From assembly GCA_950097015.1 (NCBI GenBank), contig CATNEN010000025.1, forward strand, positions 7,440,001 through 7,504,000: 64,000 bases of DNA, in the 5' to 3' direction. The translations under genes were made by a program, and so were the position numbers. This DNA comes from Macrostomum hystrix (Eukaryota; Animalia; Platyhelminthes). Position 1 is the first letter of the stretch. Every line of letters starts with the position of its first letter. Under the pieces are notes generated by a model. The model was given only the letters and a program-made list of their open reading frames with translations. It ran no database searches and was not told the DNA's origin. Of the stretch, positions 23,768 to 37,600 are shown piece by piece.

Positions 23768-24130
23768 CACTGCCTACTTCACGATGGCTCCCAAACCGAA
23801 TGACCGATTTTCATAAAAGTCCACCGCATGGATCGCAATTGTCCTTTACGATCAACAATCTTTCAAAGCCGTCCGACGTCGGCATCGTCAAGATATTCAG
23901 AGATTCTTGTAGGAGACCACAGTGACAAGGACAACTGACATTGCTCTGTATAAACCTTTATGACGAGTCCATATTGGTCCAGTAATAATGAACCATAATA
24001 GCCGAAATGGTTACATGATGAGACTGAGACTTTTGCCACCAGACAACCGATGAGAATCGTTGAATATCCCGACGACGCCTATGTTTTGTGATTCTGGAAG
24101 TTGCTTTCTTGGTTAGAGTAGAAAATTTAG
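23768..24130 (+). mobile_element. Palindromic MITE-like repeat, copy B
   Basis: CACGATGGCTCCCAAACCGAATGACCGATTTTC...GGCATCGTCAAGATATTCAGAGATTC...GAGAATCGTTGAATATCCCGACGACGCC; homologous to 30877-31322. Confidence 0.65.
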
Positions 24131-24494
24131 AGTAGGAAATTAGAGTAGGAAAATGGGGATATTTGGGAATACCCAGTGGCGTCTTCGGACCGCCCTGCAG
24201 AAAATTAAAGTAAGTCAAGTTTATGCTTTGATTTACTTTTTCGACCAGTTATGAGGTCCAACAAAGCATAACTTCATAATTTTTTATTTCGAACATTATT
24301 GAGGAAAACATTTTTTTACAACACGTCATATAAAATTCAAACGTATGTAGAGACACTTTTAAAATAAAAAATATGTGAAAAACAATCATTTCTAATTTAA
24401 ATGCAGTAAACACGAAGGTTAAGATTTGTTAATTAGGCTCTTGGCTGTTTTGTAAAGCACGTTTTACGAGTCCAGTGGTTATTATAAGTGTCTG

Positions 24495-26765
24495 AGGATA
24501 ATTTAAAGTCTGAGGATAAATCTACTATCTGAGCATAATTCTACAAGTTTGAGGATAATTCAAAAAGTCTGAGGATAATTCTACAAGTTTGAGGATAATT
24601 CAAAAAGTCTGAGGATAATTCTACAAGTTTGAGGATAATTCTACAAGTTTGAGGATAATTCAAAAAGTCTGAGGATAATTCTACAAGTCTGAGGATAATT
24701 CTACAAGTTTGAGGATAATTCAAAAAGTCTGAGGATAATTCTACAAGTCTGAGGATAATTCTACAAGTTTGAGGATAATTCAAAAAGTCTGAGGATAATT
24801 CTACGAGTTAAAGGATAATTCTACGAGTTAAAGGATAATTCTACGAGTTAAAGGATAATTCTACGAGTTAAAGGATAATTCTACTAGTCAAATGATAATT
24901 CTATGAGGCCAAGGATAATTCTACAATTCAAAGGATAATTCTACGAGTCAAAGGATAATTCTACGAGTCAAGGGATAATTCTACGAGTTAAAGGATAATT
25001 CTACGAGTTAAAGGATAATTCTACGAGTTAAAGGATAATTCTACTAGTCAAATGATAATTCTATGAGGCCAAGGATAATTCTACGAGTCAAAGGATAATT
25101 CTACGAGTCAAAGGATAATTCCACGAGTCAAAGGATAATTCTACGAGTCAAAGGATAATTCTACGAGTCAAAGGATAATTCTACTAGTCAAATGATAATT
25201 CCATGAGGCCAAGGATAATTCTACGAGTCAAAGGATAATTCTACGAGTCAAAGGATAATTCTACGAGTCAAAGGATAATTCTACGAGTCAAAGGATAATT
25301 CTACGAGTCAAAGGATAACTCTACGAGTCAAAGGATAATTCTACGAGTCAAAGGATAATTCTACGAGTTAAAGGATAATTCTATGAGGCCAAGGATAATT
25401 CTACGAGTCAAATGATAATTCTACGAGTCAAAGGATAATTCTACGAGTCAAATGATAATTCTACGAGTCAAATGATAATTCTACGAGGCCAAGGATAATT
25501 CTACGAGTCAAAGGATAATTCTACGAGGCCAAGGATAGTTCTACGAGTCAAATGATAATTCTACGAGTCAAATGATAATTCTACGAGTCAAATGATAATT
25601 CTACGAGTCAAAGGATAATTCTACGAGTCAAAGGATAATTCTACGAGGCCAAGGATAATTCTACGAGTCAAATGATAATTCTACGAGTCAAAGGATAATT
25701 CTACGAGGCCAAGGATAGTTCTACGAGTCAAATGATAATTCTACGAGTCAAATGATAATTCTACGAGTCAAATGATAATTCTACGAGTCAAATGATAATT
25801 CTATGAGGCCAAGGATAATTCTACAATTCAAAGGATAATTCTACGAGTCAAATGATAATTCTATGAGGCCAAGGATAATTCTACAATTCAAAGGATAGTT
25901 CTACGAGTCAAATGATAATTCTACGAGTCAAATGATAATTCTACGAGTCAAATGATAATTCTACGAGTCAAATGATAATTCTACGAGTCAAATGATAATT
26001 CTACGAGTCAAATGATAATTCTATGAGGCCAATGATAATTCTACAATTCAAAGGATAATTCTACGAGTCAAATGATAATTCTACGAGGCCAAGGATAATT
26101 CTACGAGTCAAATGATAATTCTACGAGGCCAAGGATAAATCTACGAGTCAAAGGATAATTCTACGAGGCCAAGGATAATTCTACGAGTCAAATGATAATT
26201 CTACGAGGCCAAGGATGATTCTACGAGTCAAATGATAATTCTACGAGGCCAAGGATAATTCTACGAGTCAAATGATAATTCTACGAGTCAAATGATAATT
26301 CTACGAGTCAAATGATAATTCTACGAGTCAAATGATAATTCTATGAGGCCAAGGATAATTCTACAATTCAAAGGATAATTCTACGAGTCAAATGATAATT
26401 CTACGAGGCCAAGGATAATTCTACGAGTCAAATGATAATTCTACGAGGCCAAGGATAATTCTACGAGTCAAATGATAATTCTACGAGTCAAATGATAATT
26501 CTACGAGTCAAATGATAATTCTACGAGTCAAATGATAATTCTATGAGGCCAAGGATAATTCTACAATTCAAAGGATAATTCTACGAGTCAAATGATAATT
26601 CTACGAGGCCAAGGATAATTCTACGAGTCAAATGATAATTCTACGAGGCCAAGGATAATTCTACGAGTCAAAGGATAATTCTACGAGGCCAAGGATAATT
26701 CTACGAGTCAAATGATAATTCTACGAGGCCAAGGACAATTCTACAATTCAAAGGATAATTCTACG
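24495..26765. repeat. 20-bp minisatellite (GGATAATTCTACGAGTCAAA)n, >110 copies
   Basis: Tandem repeat; unit variants change progressively from left to right. Confidence 0.95.
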
Positions 26766-27911
26766 AAACCATTGGTAATTCAAAGACGATAAGTTCATGC
26801 TGTTTCTCGGAACTTGTGAAAATCCGAATTTCACTTCATAACTCCAGTAATCAGAGAACAGAGAAACCTCAGTATCGATCGGTTCAAAATGAATCAACTA
26901 TTTTATTCTTTCATGAGAAGAGAAACATTTTAATGTCGAGCTCTTAAAATGTCTAAAAATGGACTAGCAGAATTGAACAACAGATTGACGTGAAGAATTG
27001 AAAAAAACAGTTAGACTTTATCAACGGGCAAAAAGGCTTTAAAATAAGCTCTGAAATCAGTAGCAGTTTTCTTAGCTGTATCACAATAGCGCAGGACTTG
27101 AAAAGAATTAGCTTAAAAAATAGAATCCTATAGAGCGATTGAAAATTCCAAATCTGAGTCATTTATCGAGCTAGATGACAATAAAAACTAGTTAAATAAA
27201 GAATCTTCACAACTTTACTATTTCGACTTTTCAAACAATGTTGACAACGTCAATTAAAAAATAGTAAAAAATCTAATTCGACTAAGAAATCTTAAGATAG
27301 GAGTGTCCGTTAAAAAATAATACAGGGGGGGGGGAATTGATGAAGAAAATGTCAGTCCGCTACTGTTTTTGTGAGCTGTGAAACTATTTTATAACACAAT
27401 CTTAGACCATGAAAATTTCCATCTAGTTTTTTGTCAGAGAAAAAATGCTCTCTTATTAAAAAATAAGTTCAAAAGTTCAACACGACGGAAATTAAACACC
27501 TAGCTTGTTACTCGTAAGTACTAGTTACTTTCTTAATTCACCTAATTCGCCTAACCCTTTTAATCTGCTGGCCTTCATCTACAATTAATTATCGATTTAT
27601 TTTCCTTACCCAATTAAGCCCCCTGGTTAGTCGACCTCGCTTTTATCTCAATGTACACTGCACCCCTCTTTGTCTACCCCCTCAGCCTGCTTATCATGTC
27701 CGGGCAGCCCTGTGCCTTCGTTATTATCAGCGAAATATTTGTTTTTAGTTATGAGTCAAAGGGGGCCTTTAGCTCGCGCCCCCTTTCTTTTTTGCGTCGG
27801 TTGTCTGTGCCGCCCATTTAATAAAAATTCATTAACAGCTCTAAAGTTTCGCAACACTCTACTAAGTGCTGCTAAGTGCTACTAAGTAGTATGAGCAGCA
27901 CATTCTGGTTG

Positions 27912-28580
27912 TTAGGTTTGCGGCGGATTCCAAGCGGAAACGCCAAGGTCGAATGTGAAAGCGCCGCCGCCGCCTCCCCCGCTGCCGCTGGCGACTCCGC
28001 CGCCTCCGCCGGAAATGATATTGACAACTTGTCCAGTTTCATCCGTCAGGGAGATTGCTGGCGAGGTCGGAGCGACCGCGTACGCGACGGCGGCGGAGGC
28101 AGCTGTAGACAGAGAGCCGGATCGAATCTTGGCATTCAGCGCCTCGATCGCAACCAGGTCCATCTGGTCGTCCGAGTCGGTGCAGTCAGCGCCTACCCCG
28201 GCCGGGTTGACAATCGACCAATTAGCGACTCGCGGCTGAAGGCCCAGAGGCAGCAGCAGCGGCAGCGGAGCCGGCGGCGGTAGGAGGTCCATTGCGGCTG
28301 CCGCCGAAGCAGCGGCCGCCGCTCCACCCGGATCGGAGCGAGCCTGACTAGCTCGACGGGATGTGTCCGCCGCTGCCGAAATGAGCTCGTGCAGAAGAGC
28401 AGATCGGCTGGCGACTGCTCCTCCGCCGCCGCCAGTGGACGAAGCCGACGAGCCTTCGCTGCAGCGGCGACGAGCGGCGGCGGCGGCTGCCGCAGCAAGA
28501 AAGTGCTGAGAAAATGTGGAGGACGGCTTTTCAATGCCGCCGCCAGTCAGTCGGCCTCCCCAAGCACTGCCACAGCCGAT

Positions 28581-28628
<48 letters not shown>

Positions 28629-31600
28629 TCGCTCCGAACAGCTACCGTGTCGGCGGAGAAACAGCTTTTCACCTGTTAAATCAAATATTAGTTTTTTGTT
28701 GTTTTCAACATGGCAGGAGAAAGTTTCAGCACAAAATCATCATTAATAAGGCAAAGGAGAATTAACCATGGCAGTGTCAAATAGACATCAAAGGCACCCA
28801 GGTACCACGCAAGTAGTGCAATTGGGCTTTGATTTTGATTAAAAAACTGCCTAGATAGGAACCTAAATGAAGCCGTATTGATTGCTTTATACTTGGACAA
28901 AGTACGAGTATATATCTGCTATGAAATAGTGGAATAGCAAAACATAGTGCAACTATGAGACACACGTGAGCATTCTGTCACTCGGCTGTTAGACACACGA
29001 GCATTCTGTCACTCGGCTGTTAGACACACGAGCATTCTGTCACTCGGCTGTTAGACACATGAGCATTCTGTCACTCGGCTGTTAGACACATGAGCATTCT
29101 GTCACTCGGCTGTTAGACACACGTGAGCATTCTGTCACTCGGCTGTTAGACACACGTGAGCATTCTGTCACTCGGCTGTTAGACACACGTGAGCATTCTG
29201 TCACTCGGCTGTTAGACACATGAGCATTCTGTCACTCGGCTGTTAGACACACGTGAGCATTCTGTCACTCGGCTGTTAGACACACGAGCATTCTGTCACT
29301 CGGCTGTTAGACACACGAGCATTCTGTCACTCGGCTGTTAGACACACGAGCATTCTGTCACTCGGCTGTTAGACACACGTGAGCATTCTGTCACTCGGCT
29401 GTTAGACACATGAGCATTCTGTCACTCGGCTGTTAGACACACGTGAGCATTCTGTCACTCGGCTGTTAGACACATGAGCATTCTGTCACTCGGCTGTTAG
29501 ACACACGTGAGCATTCTGTCACTCGGCTGTTAGACACATGAGCATTCTGTCACTCGGCTGTTAGACACACGAGCATTCTGTCACTCGGCTGTTAGACACA
29601 CGTGAGCATTCTGTCACTCGGCTGTTAGACACATGAGCATTCTGTCACTCGGCTGTTAGACACACGTGAGCATTCTGTCACTCGGCTGTTAGACACACGT
29701 GAGCATTCTGTCACTCGGCTGTTAGACACACGTGAGCATTCTGTCACTCGGCTGTTAGACACATGAGCATTCTGTCACTCGGCTGTTAGACACACGTGAG
29801 CATTCTGTCACTCGGCTGTTAGACACACGAGCATTCTGTCACTCGGCTGTTAGACACACGAGCATTCTGTCACTCGGCTGTTAGACACACGAGCATTCTG
29901 TCACTCGGCTGTTAGACACACGTGAGCATTCTGTCACTCGGCTGTTAGACACATAAGCATTCTGTCACTCGGCTGTTAGACACACGTGAGCATTCTGTCA
30001 CTCGGCTGTTAGACACATGAGCATTCTGTCACTCGGCTGTTAGACACACGAGCATTCTGTCACTCGGCTGTTAGACACACGTGAGCATTCTGTCACTCGG
30101 CTGTTAGACACATGAGCATTCTGTCACTCGGCTGTTAGACACATGAGCATTCTGTCACTCGGCTGTTAGACACACGTGAGCATTCTGTCACTCGGCTGTT
30201 AGACACATAAGCATTCTGTCACTCGGCTGTTAGACACATGAGCATTCTGTCACTCGGCTGTTAGACACATGAGCATTCTGTCACTCGGCTGTTAGACACA
30301 TGAGCATTCTGTCACTCGGCTGTTAGACACACGTGAGCATTCTGTCACTCGGCTGTTAGACACATAAGCATTCTGTCACTCGGCTGTTAGACACATGAGC
30401 ATTCTGTCAGTCAACAGGACAAAAACACAAACAAGGCAGAACAGAACTGTTGTCTCGATTTCTTATGCAACAAATTGAGTCCTCGCAGTAAGAGCCCGTT
30501 CATACGGCTGTGAGCCAATTCAGGCCGAGAGTCAAAATATATTTAAGTTTAACAGAGCGATAAGGAAGGGGGGTTGGCGGTACGATAACAAGAGTGCGCG
30601 ACTGAGGGTAGGAGAGGAGGCTAGAACGTGAGCGGCGGACCAATCAGAGAGGAGGAAAGAAAGAAAGGATAGAGAATGAGAGATCAGCCGCAGAGATAAA
30701 GAGAGAGAAAGAACTAGATTGAACTGGACGATGTAAACAAGAAAAGTGCAGAGAACGAAAAAGTGAATAGAGGACAGAAGGCAAGACAAAAGTCGCGACA
30801 ACTGTCATTAATTGAGATAAGTAGGAACAATACGAGCTCGTAAGCAGGCCTATAACAAATACACTTGAAGTTGAAGCACGATAGCTCCCAAACCGAATGA
30901 CCGATTTTCGTGAAATTGCTACATATGGATCTAAATTTTCTGACCTTTACGATCGAATAACTTTCAAAGCCGCCCGAAGTCAGCATCGTCGAGATAGTCA
31001 GCGATTCTTGTCGGAGACCCTGGTGACAAGGACAACTGACATTGCTCTGCATAAACCTCAAGAGCGAATCCATATTTATTTAATAATTAACAATATAACC
31101 AATACGAGTGCAATATGATAAAAAACAGCCGATATGCTTACATTATGAATATTTGTGAGCAAAAAACTAATGCGCATTTTGGTGTTTTTTGCCACCAGAC
31201 ACCCCGACGAGAATCGTTGAATATCTCGACGATGCCGCTCTTATGTGATTCTCCAAGTTGTTTCCTCTGATAGGGTGGAAAACTTTTAAACCGTGTTCAT
31301 GGCGATCGGTTGAATATTTTGGCTGATACAGAACTAAGAATAATGTAATTTAAAGTATTTCTATTGTGAATAAACTATAATATAGATCTACTATAGTTAT
31401 TAAGGCTTGCACCAGAAAGCAATAATTTGTACTTGTACACCGCGAGACAGAAAGCGAAACAGCGGACAGTTAAAATGCAATAAGGCACAAGAAGGCAATC
31501 ATGACACTTCATTTGGCAATTTCTATGTTTACCAGTTTGTGTTCGGTGACGAAAGCTGGAGAATGCGTCCACTAGAGAAAAATAGAAACTCAATAATTGT

Positions 31601-34600
31601 TTTGAATGGATAAACTTGCATGGACTTAAGTTGGACTAATGGAAAGCAGGTGAACAGAGTGACGACAGAATGGGTAGAGGGGGAGAGAGGGAGAGGGGAG
31701 AAGAGGGATAAAGGGGAGAAGACAGAGATGGAAGAGGAAGTGAGAAGGGAAGAGAGGGGAGAAGATGGAGAGGAGAACGGAAGGAGAGAATGTTTTGGAG
31801 AGTAGAAAAGAGGAAAGGAAGTAAATTGGATGTGATTTGAAAGCGAGACAAGTGTTCCTAAATAGTATGCAGTTAAATTTAGATAATTCCTGAAATATCA
31901 AACTCCAAAAAACGAAGCTTAAAAATCGTTCAGTAAAACGATCAGCAATTAAAAATTTTTGAGGGAAATAGAAAATTGCGTAGATTTTTTTAACTGAAAA
32001 CTAACGTGGCAAGTGCAGCATGGACTAGGGGGGGTGCTGGAAAAAAGAAACAAAATAGACAGCTAAACAAGATTAGGAATAAAGTATAAGCAGAACACGA
32101 TGAGATAGCGAGAGAGAATGAGAATAGAAGCGGAGTCCAGGCTGGCGGAAGGCACAAAATAATTCTATTTTTGGGTTGCAAAAGCAGCGCAACCCAGACT
32201 AGACTTGTACAGCCGGATCTGATGGCGATGAGAACAGACACTCGGACTGACTTCTGTCGGCTCTGCTGAACGACAATGGCGGGCCTGGGGCTGGACTAGG
32301 CCCTTGTATTCCACAGACGCAGACACCGCCCACGCATTTGAAGGAAGAAGCTCAGGAAAGGAAAAACCGAATCAAAGAGAAAGTAGCCTACCAAGTAAAA
32401 ATATCCCAAACCGGGATCTGAACTCACTGGAAGTCCCCGAGGTGGCCGCCGAGCTGCTGCTCAATCTGCGGCGCGGCTGTCCAGACGTTGATGCGCTGCG
32501 AGATCGCGACGACAACGACAAAGGCGGAGGAGGCGGCGATGCCTGCCTTCCTGTCTGGAGCGTCGGGTGCGGCAGCTGGCGCGGACAGCCGGACGCCGAC
32601 TCCTCCGGGCAACTGCTGCCACCAGGCTGTGGCACCGCCAGCGGCCCTCCGGCTCGAGCGGCGCCGTCCGACGCCCGACGAGGCAGCAGCGGCTGAGCCG
32701 TCGGAGCTGACAGCAGCTGCAGCGCCGGCTGGGTCGACCGTCGCGACGTAGCCGCGACCCGATCGTCGCGGAACAAAACGTCTTCCTCGGCTTGGTCCAT
32801 CGGCGAATCCTCGACGAAAACGTCGCAGTCGCCGTCGGCGTCGCCAACGCACAGGAGGTGCTCGGCGATGCTGTAGGCGCCGGATAGTTGGTCGCAACGA
32901 CCGGAGCGAACGGCTTCGTCGACACGGTCGGTCGCATAGCCCAGGCCTGACAGGCGGCCCAGCACTCGAGGCGACACCTCAGACAACATCGGCGACAGAC
33001 AAGTCGACACCGACGATTCCTCCTCGTGGCTAGCGATGAGGTCCAGGAAGCGTCCACTGTGCGGACTTTCCAGCATCCAGGGCTCGGCGCAGGCCTCGCG
33101 CAGGCTGAATCGCTTGTCGGCGGCTGGGTGGAGCAGGCCCCGGAGGAGGCTCTCGCAGCCATGACTCAGGTAGAACGGATAGCGGACCAGGCCGCGAAGT
33201 ACGCTGGCCCGGATGCTGGCCAGATGGTCGCCGCAGAATGGGAACGCGCCGCAGACTAACACGTAAAGAATAACTCCAAGACTCTGCGGGCAGTGGAGGT
33301 TAGGATTGGGGTCAAGTCGCCACGTCGTCCCGAAGGGATCAAGTAGAGATGGGATCAAGTCGAGATGGGATCAAGTCGAGATGGGATCAAGTTGAGATGG
33401 GATCAAGTTGAGATATAAGCAAGTCGAGATGGGATCAAGTTGAGATGGGATCAAGTTGAGATATAAGCAAGTCGAGATGGGATCAAGTTGAGATATAATC
33501 AAGTCGAGATGGGATCAAGTCGAGATGGCATCAAGTCGAGATGGGATCAAGTTGAGATGGGATCCAGTTGAGATGGGATCAAGTTGAGATGGGATCAAGT
33601 TGAGATGGGATCAAGTTGAGATGGGATCAAGTTGAGATGGGATCAAGTTGAGATGGGATCAAGTTGAGATGGGATCAAGTTGAGATGGGATCAATTTGAG
33701 ATGGGATCAAGTTGAGATAGGATCAAGTTGAGATGGGATCAAGTTGAGATGGGATCAAGTTGAGATGGGATCAAGTTGAGATGGGATCTGTCACAAAAAC
33801 TCCAAAGCTCACCCAGACGTCGACTTTGGTGCCGTCGTACATTTCGCCCCTAAACAGCTCCGGGCTGGCGTACTGAGGCGATCCGCAGTGGGTGCTGAGT
33901 AACCGGTCAGTCGGCATGAAGTTGCAGAAGCCGAAGTCGACCAGCTTGAGTCGACCATGCGAGTCTAACAAAAGATTCTCAGCCTTCAAATCTCTGTGGG
34001 CGATGCCGCGGCTGTGACAGTAGGAGACCGCGCAGACCGCCTGCCAGAACAACTCACGAGCCTCCGATTCTGCCAGCTGCTTCTCCTTAGAGATGTAGTC
34101 TGGAAATTCAAATGATTAGCTAGGAGATTAGCTAGGAGATTAGCTAGGAGATTAGCTAGGAGATTAGCTAGGAGATTAGCTAGGAGATTAGCTAGGAGAT
34201 TAGATAAGAGATTAGCTAGGAGATTAGATAACATATTAGCTAGGAGATTAGATAATAGATTAGCTAGGAGATTAGATAAGAGATTAGCTAGGAGATTAGC
34301 TAAGAGATTAGCTAGGAGATTAGCTAGGAGATTAGCTAGGAGATTAGATAAGAGATTAGCTAGGAGATTAGATAACATATTAGCTAGGAGATTAGATAAT
34401 AGATTAGCTAGGAGATTAGATAAGAGATTGGCTAGGAGATTAGCTAGGAGATTAGCTAGGAGATTAGCTAGGAGATTAGCTAGGAGATTAGCTAGGAGAT
34501 TAGATAAGAGATTAGCTAGGAGATTAGATAACATATTAGCTAGGAGATTAGATAATAGATTAGCTAGGAGATTAGATAAGAGATTGGCTAGGAGATTAGC

Positions 34601-37600
34601 TAGGAGATTAGCTAGGAGATTAGCTATGAGATTAGATAAGATATTGGCTAGGAGATTAGATAAGAGAAGATTAGCTAGGAGGTTAGATAAGAGATTAGCT
34701 AGGAGATTAGATAAGAGATTGGCTAGGAGATTAGCTAGGAGATTAGCTATGAGATTAGATAAGAGATTAGCTAGGAGATTAGATAAGAGATTAGCTAGGA
34801 GATTAGATAAGAGATTGGCTAGGAGATTAGCTTGGAGATTAGCTATGAGATTAGATAAGATATTGGCAAGGAGATTAGATAAGAGATTAGCTAGGAGATT
34901 AGATAAGAGATTAGCTAGGAGATTAGATAAGAGATTGGCTAGGAGATTAGCTAGGAGATTAGCTATGAGATTAGATAAGAGATTAGCTAGGAGATTAGAT
35001 AAGAGATTAGCTAGGAGATTAGATAAGAGATTGGCTAGGAGATTAGCTAGGAGATTAGCTATGAGATTAGATAAGAGATTAGCTAGGAGATTAGATAAGA
35101 GATTAGCTATGAGATTAGATAATATATTAGCTAGGAGATTAGATAAGAGATTAGCTATGAGATTGGATAAGAGATTAGCTAGGAGATTAGATAAGAGATT
35201 AGCTAGGAGATTAGATAAGAGATTAGCTATGAGATTAGATAAGAGATTGGCTAGGAGATTAGCTAGGAGATTAGCTATGAGATTAGATAATAGATTAGCT
35301 AGGAGATTAGATAAGAGATTGGCTAGGAGATTAGCTAGGAGATTAGCTATGAGATTAGATAAGAGATTAGCTAGGAGATTAGCTAGGAGATTAGCTATGA
35401 GATTAGATAAGAGATTAGCTAGGAGATTAGATAAGAGATTAGCTATGAGATTAGATAAGAGATTAGCTATGAGATTAGATAAGAGATTAGCTAGGAGATT
35501 AGATAAGAGATTAGCTAGGAGATTAGCTAGGAGTTTAGCTAGGAGATTAGATAATAGATTAGCTAGGAGATTAGATAAGAGATTAGCTAGGAGATTAGCT
35601 AGGAGATTAGCTATGAGATTAGATAAGATATTGGCTAGGAGATTAGACAAGAGAAGATTAGCTAGGAGGTTAGATAAGAGATAAGCTAGGAGATTAGATA
35701 AGAGATTGGCTAGGAGATTAGCTAGGAGATTAGCTAGGAGATTAGCTAGGAGATTAGCTAGGAGATTAGCTAGGAGATTAGATAAGAGATTAGCTAGGAG
35801 ATTAGATAACATATTAGCTAGGAGGTTAGATAAGAGATTAGCTAGGAGATTAGATAAGAGATTGGCTAGGAGATTAGCTAGGAGATTAGCTATGAGATTA
35901 GATAAGAGATTAGCTAGGAGATTAGATAACATATTAGCTAGGAGGTTAGATAAGAGATTAGCTAGGAGATTAGATAAGAGATTGGCTAGGAGATTAGCTA
36001 GGAGATTAGCTATGAGATTAGATAAGAGATTAGCTAGGAGATTAGATAAGAGATTAGCTAGGAGATTAGATAAGAGATTGGCTAGGAGATTAGCTTGGAG
36101 ATTAGCTATGAGATTAGATAAGATATTGGCAAGGAGATTAGATAAGAGATTAGCTAGGAGATTAGATAAGAGATTAGCTAGGAGATTAGATAAGAGATTA
36201 GCTAGGAGATTAGCTAGGAGATTAGCTATGAGATTAGATAAGAGATTAGCTAGGAGATTAGATAAGAGATTAGCTATGAGATTAGATAAGAGATTAGCTA
36301 GGAGATTAGATAAGAGATTAGCTATGAGATTAGATAAGAGATTAGCTAGGAGATTAGATAAGAGATTAGCTAGGAGATTAGATAAGAGATTAGCTATGAG
36401 ATTAGATAAGAGATTGGCTAGGAGATTAGCTAGGAGATAAGCTATGAGATTAGATAAGAGATTAGCTAGGAGATTAGATAAGAGATTAGCTAGGAGATTA
36501 GCTAGGAGATTAGCTATGAGATTAGATAAGAGATTAGCTAGGAGATTAGATAAGAGATTAGCTAGGAGATTAGATAAGAGATTAGCTAGGAGATTAGATA
36601 AGAGATTAGCTAGGAGATTAGATAAGAGATTAGCTAGGAGATTAGATAAGAGATTAGCTATGAGATTAGATAAGAGATTGGCTAGGAGATTAGCTATGAG
36701 ATTAGCTATGAGATTAGATAAGAGATTAGCTAGGAGATTAGATAAGAGATTGGCTAGGAGATTAGATAAGAGATTAGCTAGGAGATTAGATAAGATATTA
36801 GCTAGGAGATTAGATAAGAGATTGGCTAGGAGATTAGCTAGGAGATTAGCTATGAGATTAGATAAGAGATTGGCTAGGAGATTAGATAGGAGTTTAGCTA
36901 GGAGATTAGATAAGAGATTAGCTAGGAGATTAGATAAGAGATTGGCTAGGAGATTAGATAAGAGATTAGCTAGGAGATTAGATAAGAGATTAGCTAGGAG
37001 ATTAGATAAGAGATTGGCTAGGAGATTAGCTAGGAGATTAGCTATGAGATTAGATAAGAGATTGGCTAGGAGATTAGATAAGAGATTAGCTAGGAGATTA
37101 GATAAGAGATTAGCTATGAGATTGGATAAGAGATTAGCTAGGAGATTAGATAAGAGATTAGCTAGGAGATTAGATAAGAGATTGCTATGAGATTAGATAA
37201 GAGATTGGCTAGGAGATTAGCTAGGAGATTAGCTATGAGATTAGATAATAGATTAGCTAGGAGATTAGATAAGAGATTGGCTAGGAGATTAGCTAGGAGA
37301 TTAGCTATGAGATTAGATAAGAGATTAGCTAGGAGATTAGCTAGGAGATTAGCTATGAGATTAGATAAGAGATTAGCTAGGAGATTAGATAAGAGATTAG
37401 CTATGAGATTAGATAAGAGATTAGCTATGAGATTAGATAAGAGATTAGCTAGGAGATTAGATAAGAGATTAGCTAGGAGATTAGCTAGGAGTTTAGCTAG
37501 GAGATTAGATAATAGATTAGCTAGGAGATTAGATAAGAGATTAGCTAGGAGATTAGCTAGGAGATTAGCTATGAGATTAGATAAGATATTGGCTAGGAGA

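Noticed and set aside
28965-30410. Regular 31-33-bp repeats as a possible CRISPR array
   Set aside because: No unique spacers, no cas genes, eukaryotic intron context; the same applies to all other arrays.
32190-32352. Extra SIK exon (..GIQGPSPAPGPPLSFSRADRSQSEC..)
   Set aside because: Needs a weak GAG acceptor and would break phase; exon 4 joins 28672 cleanly without it.
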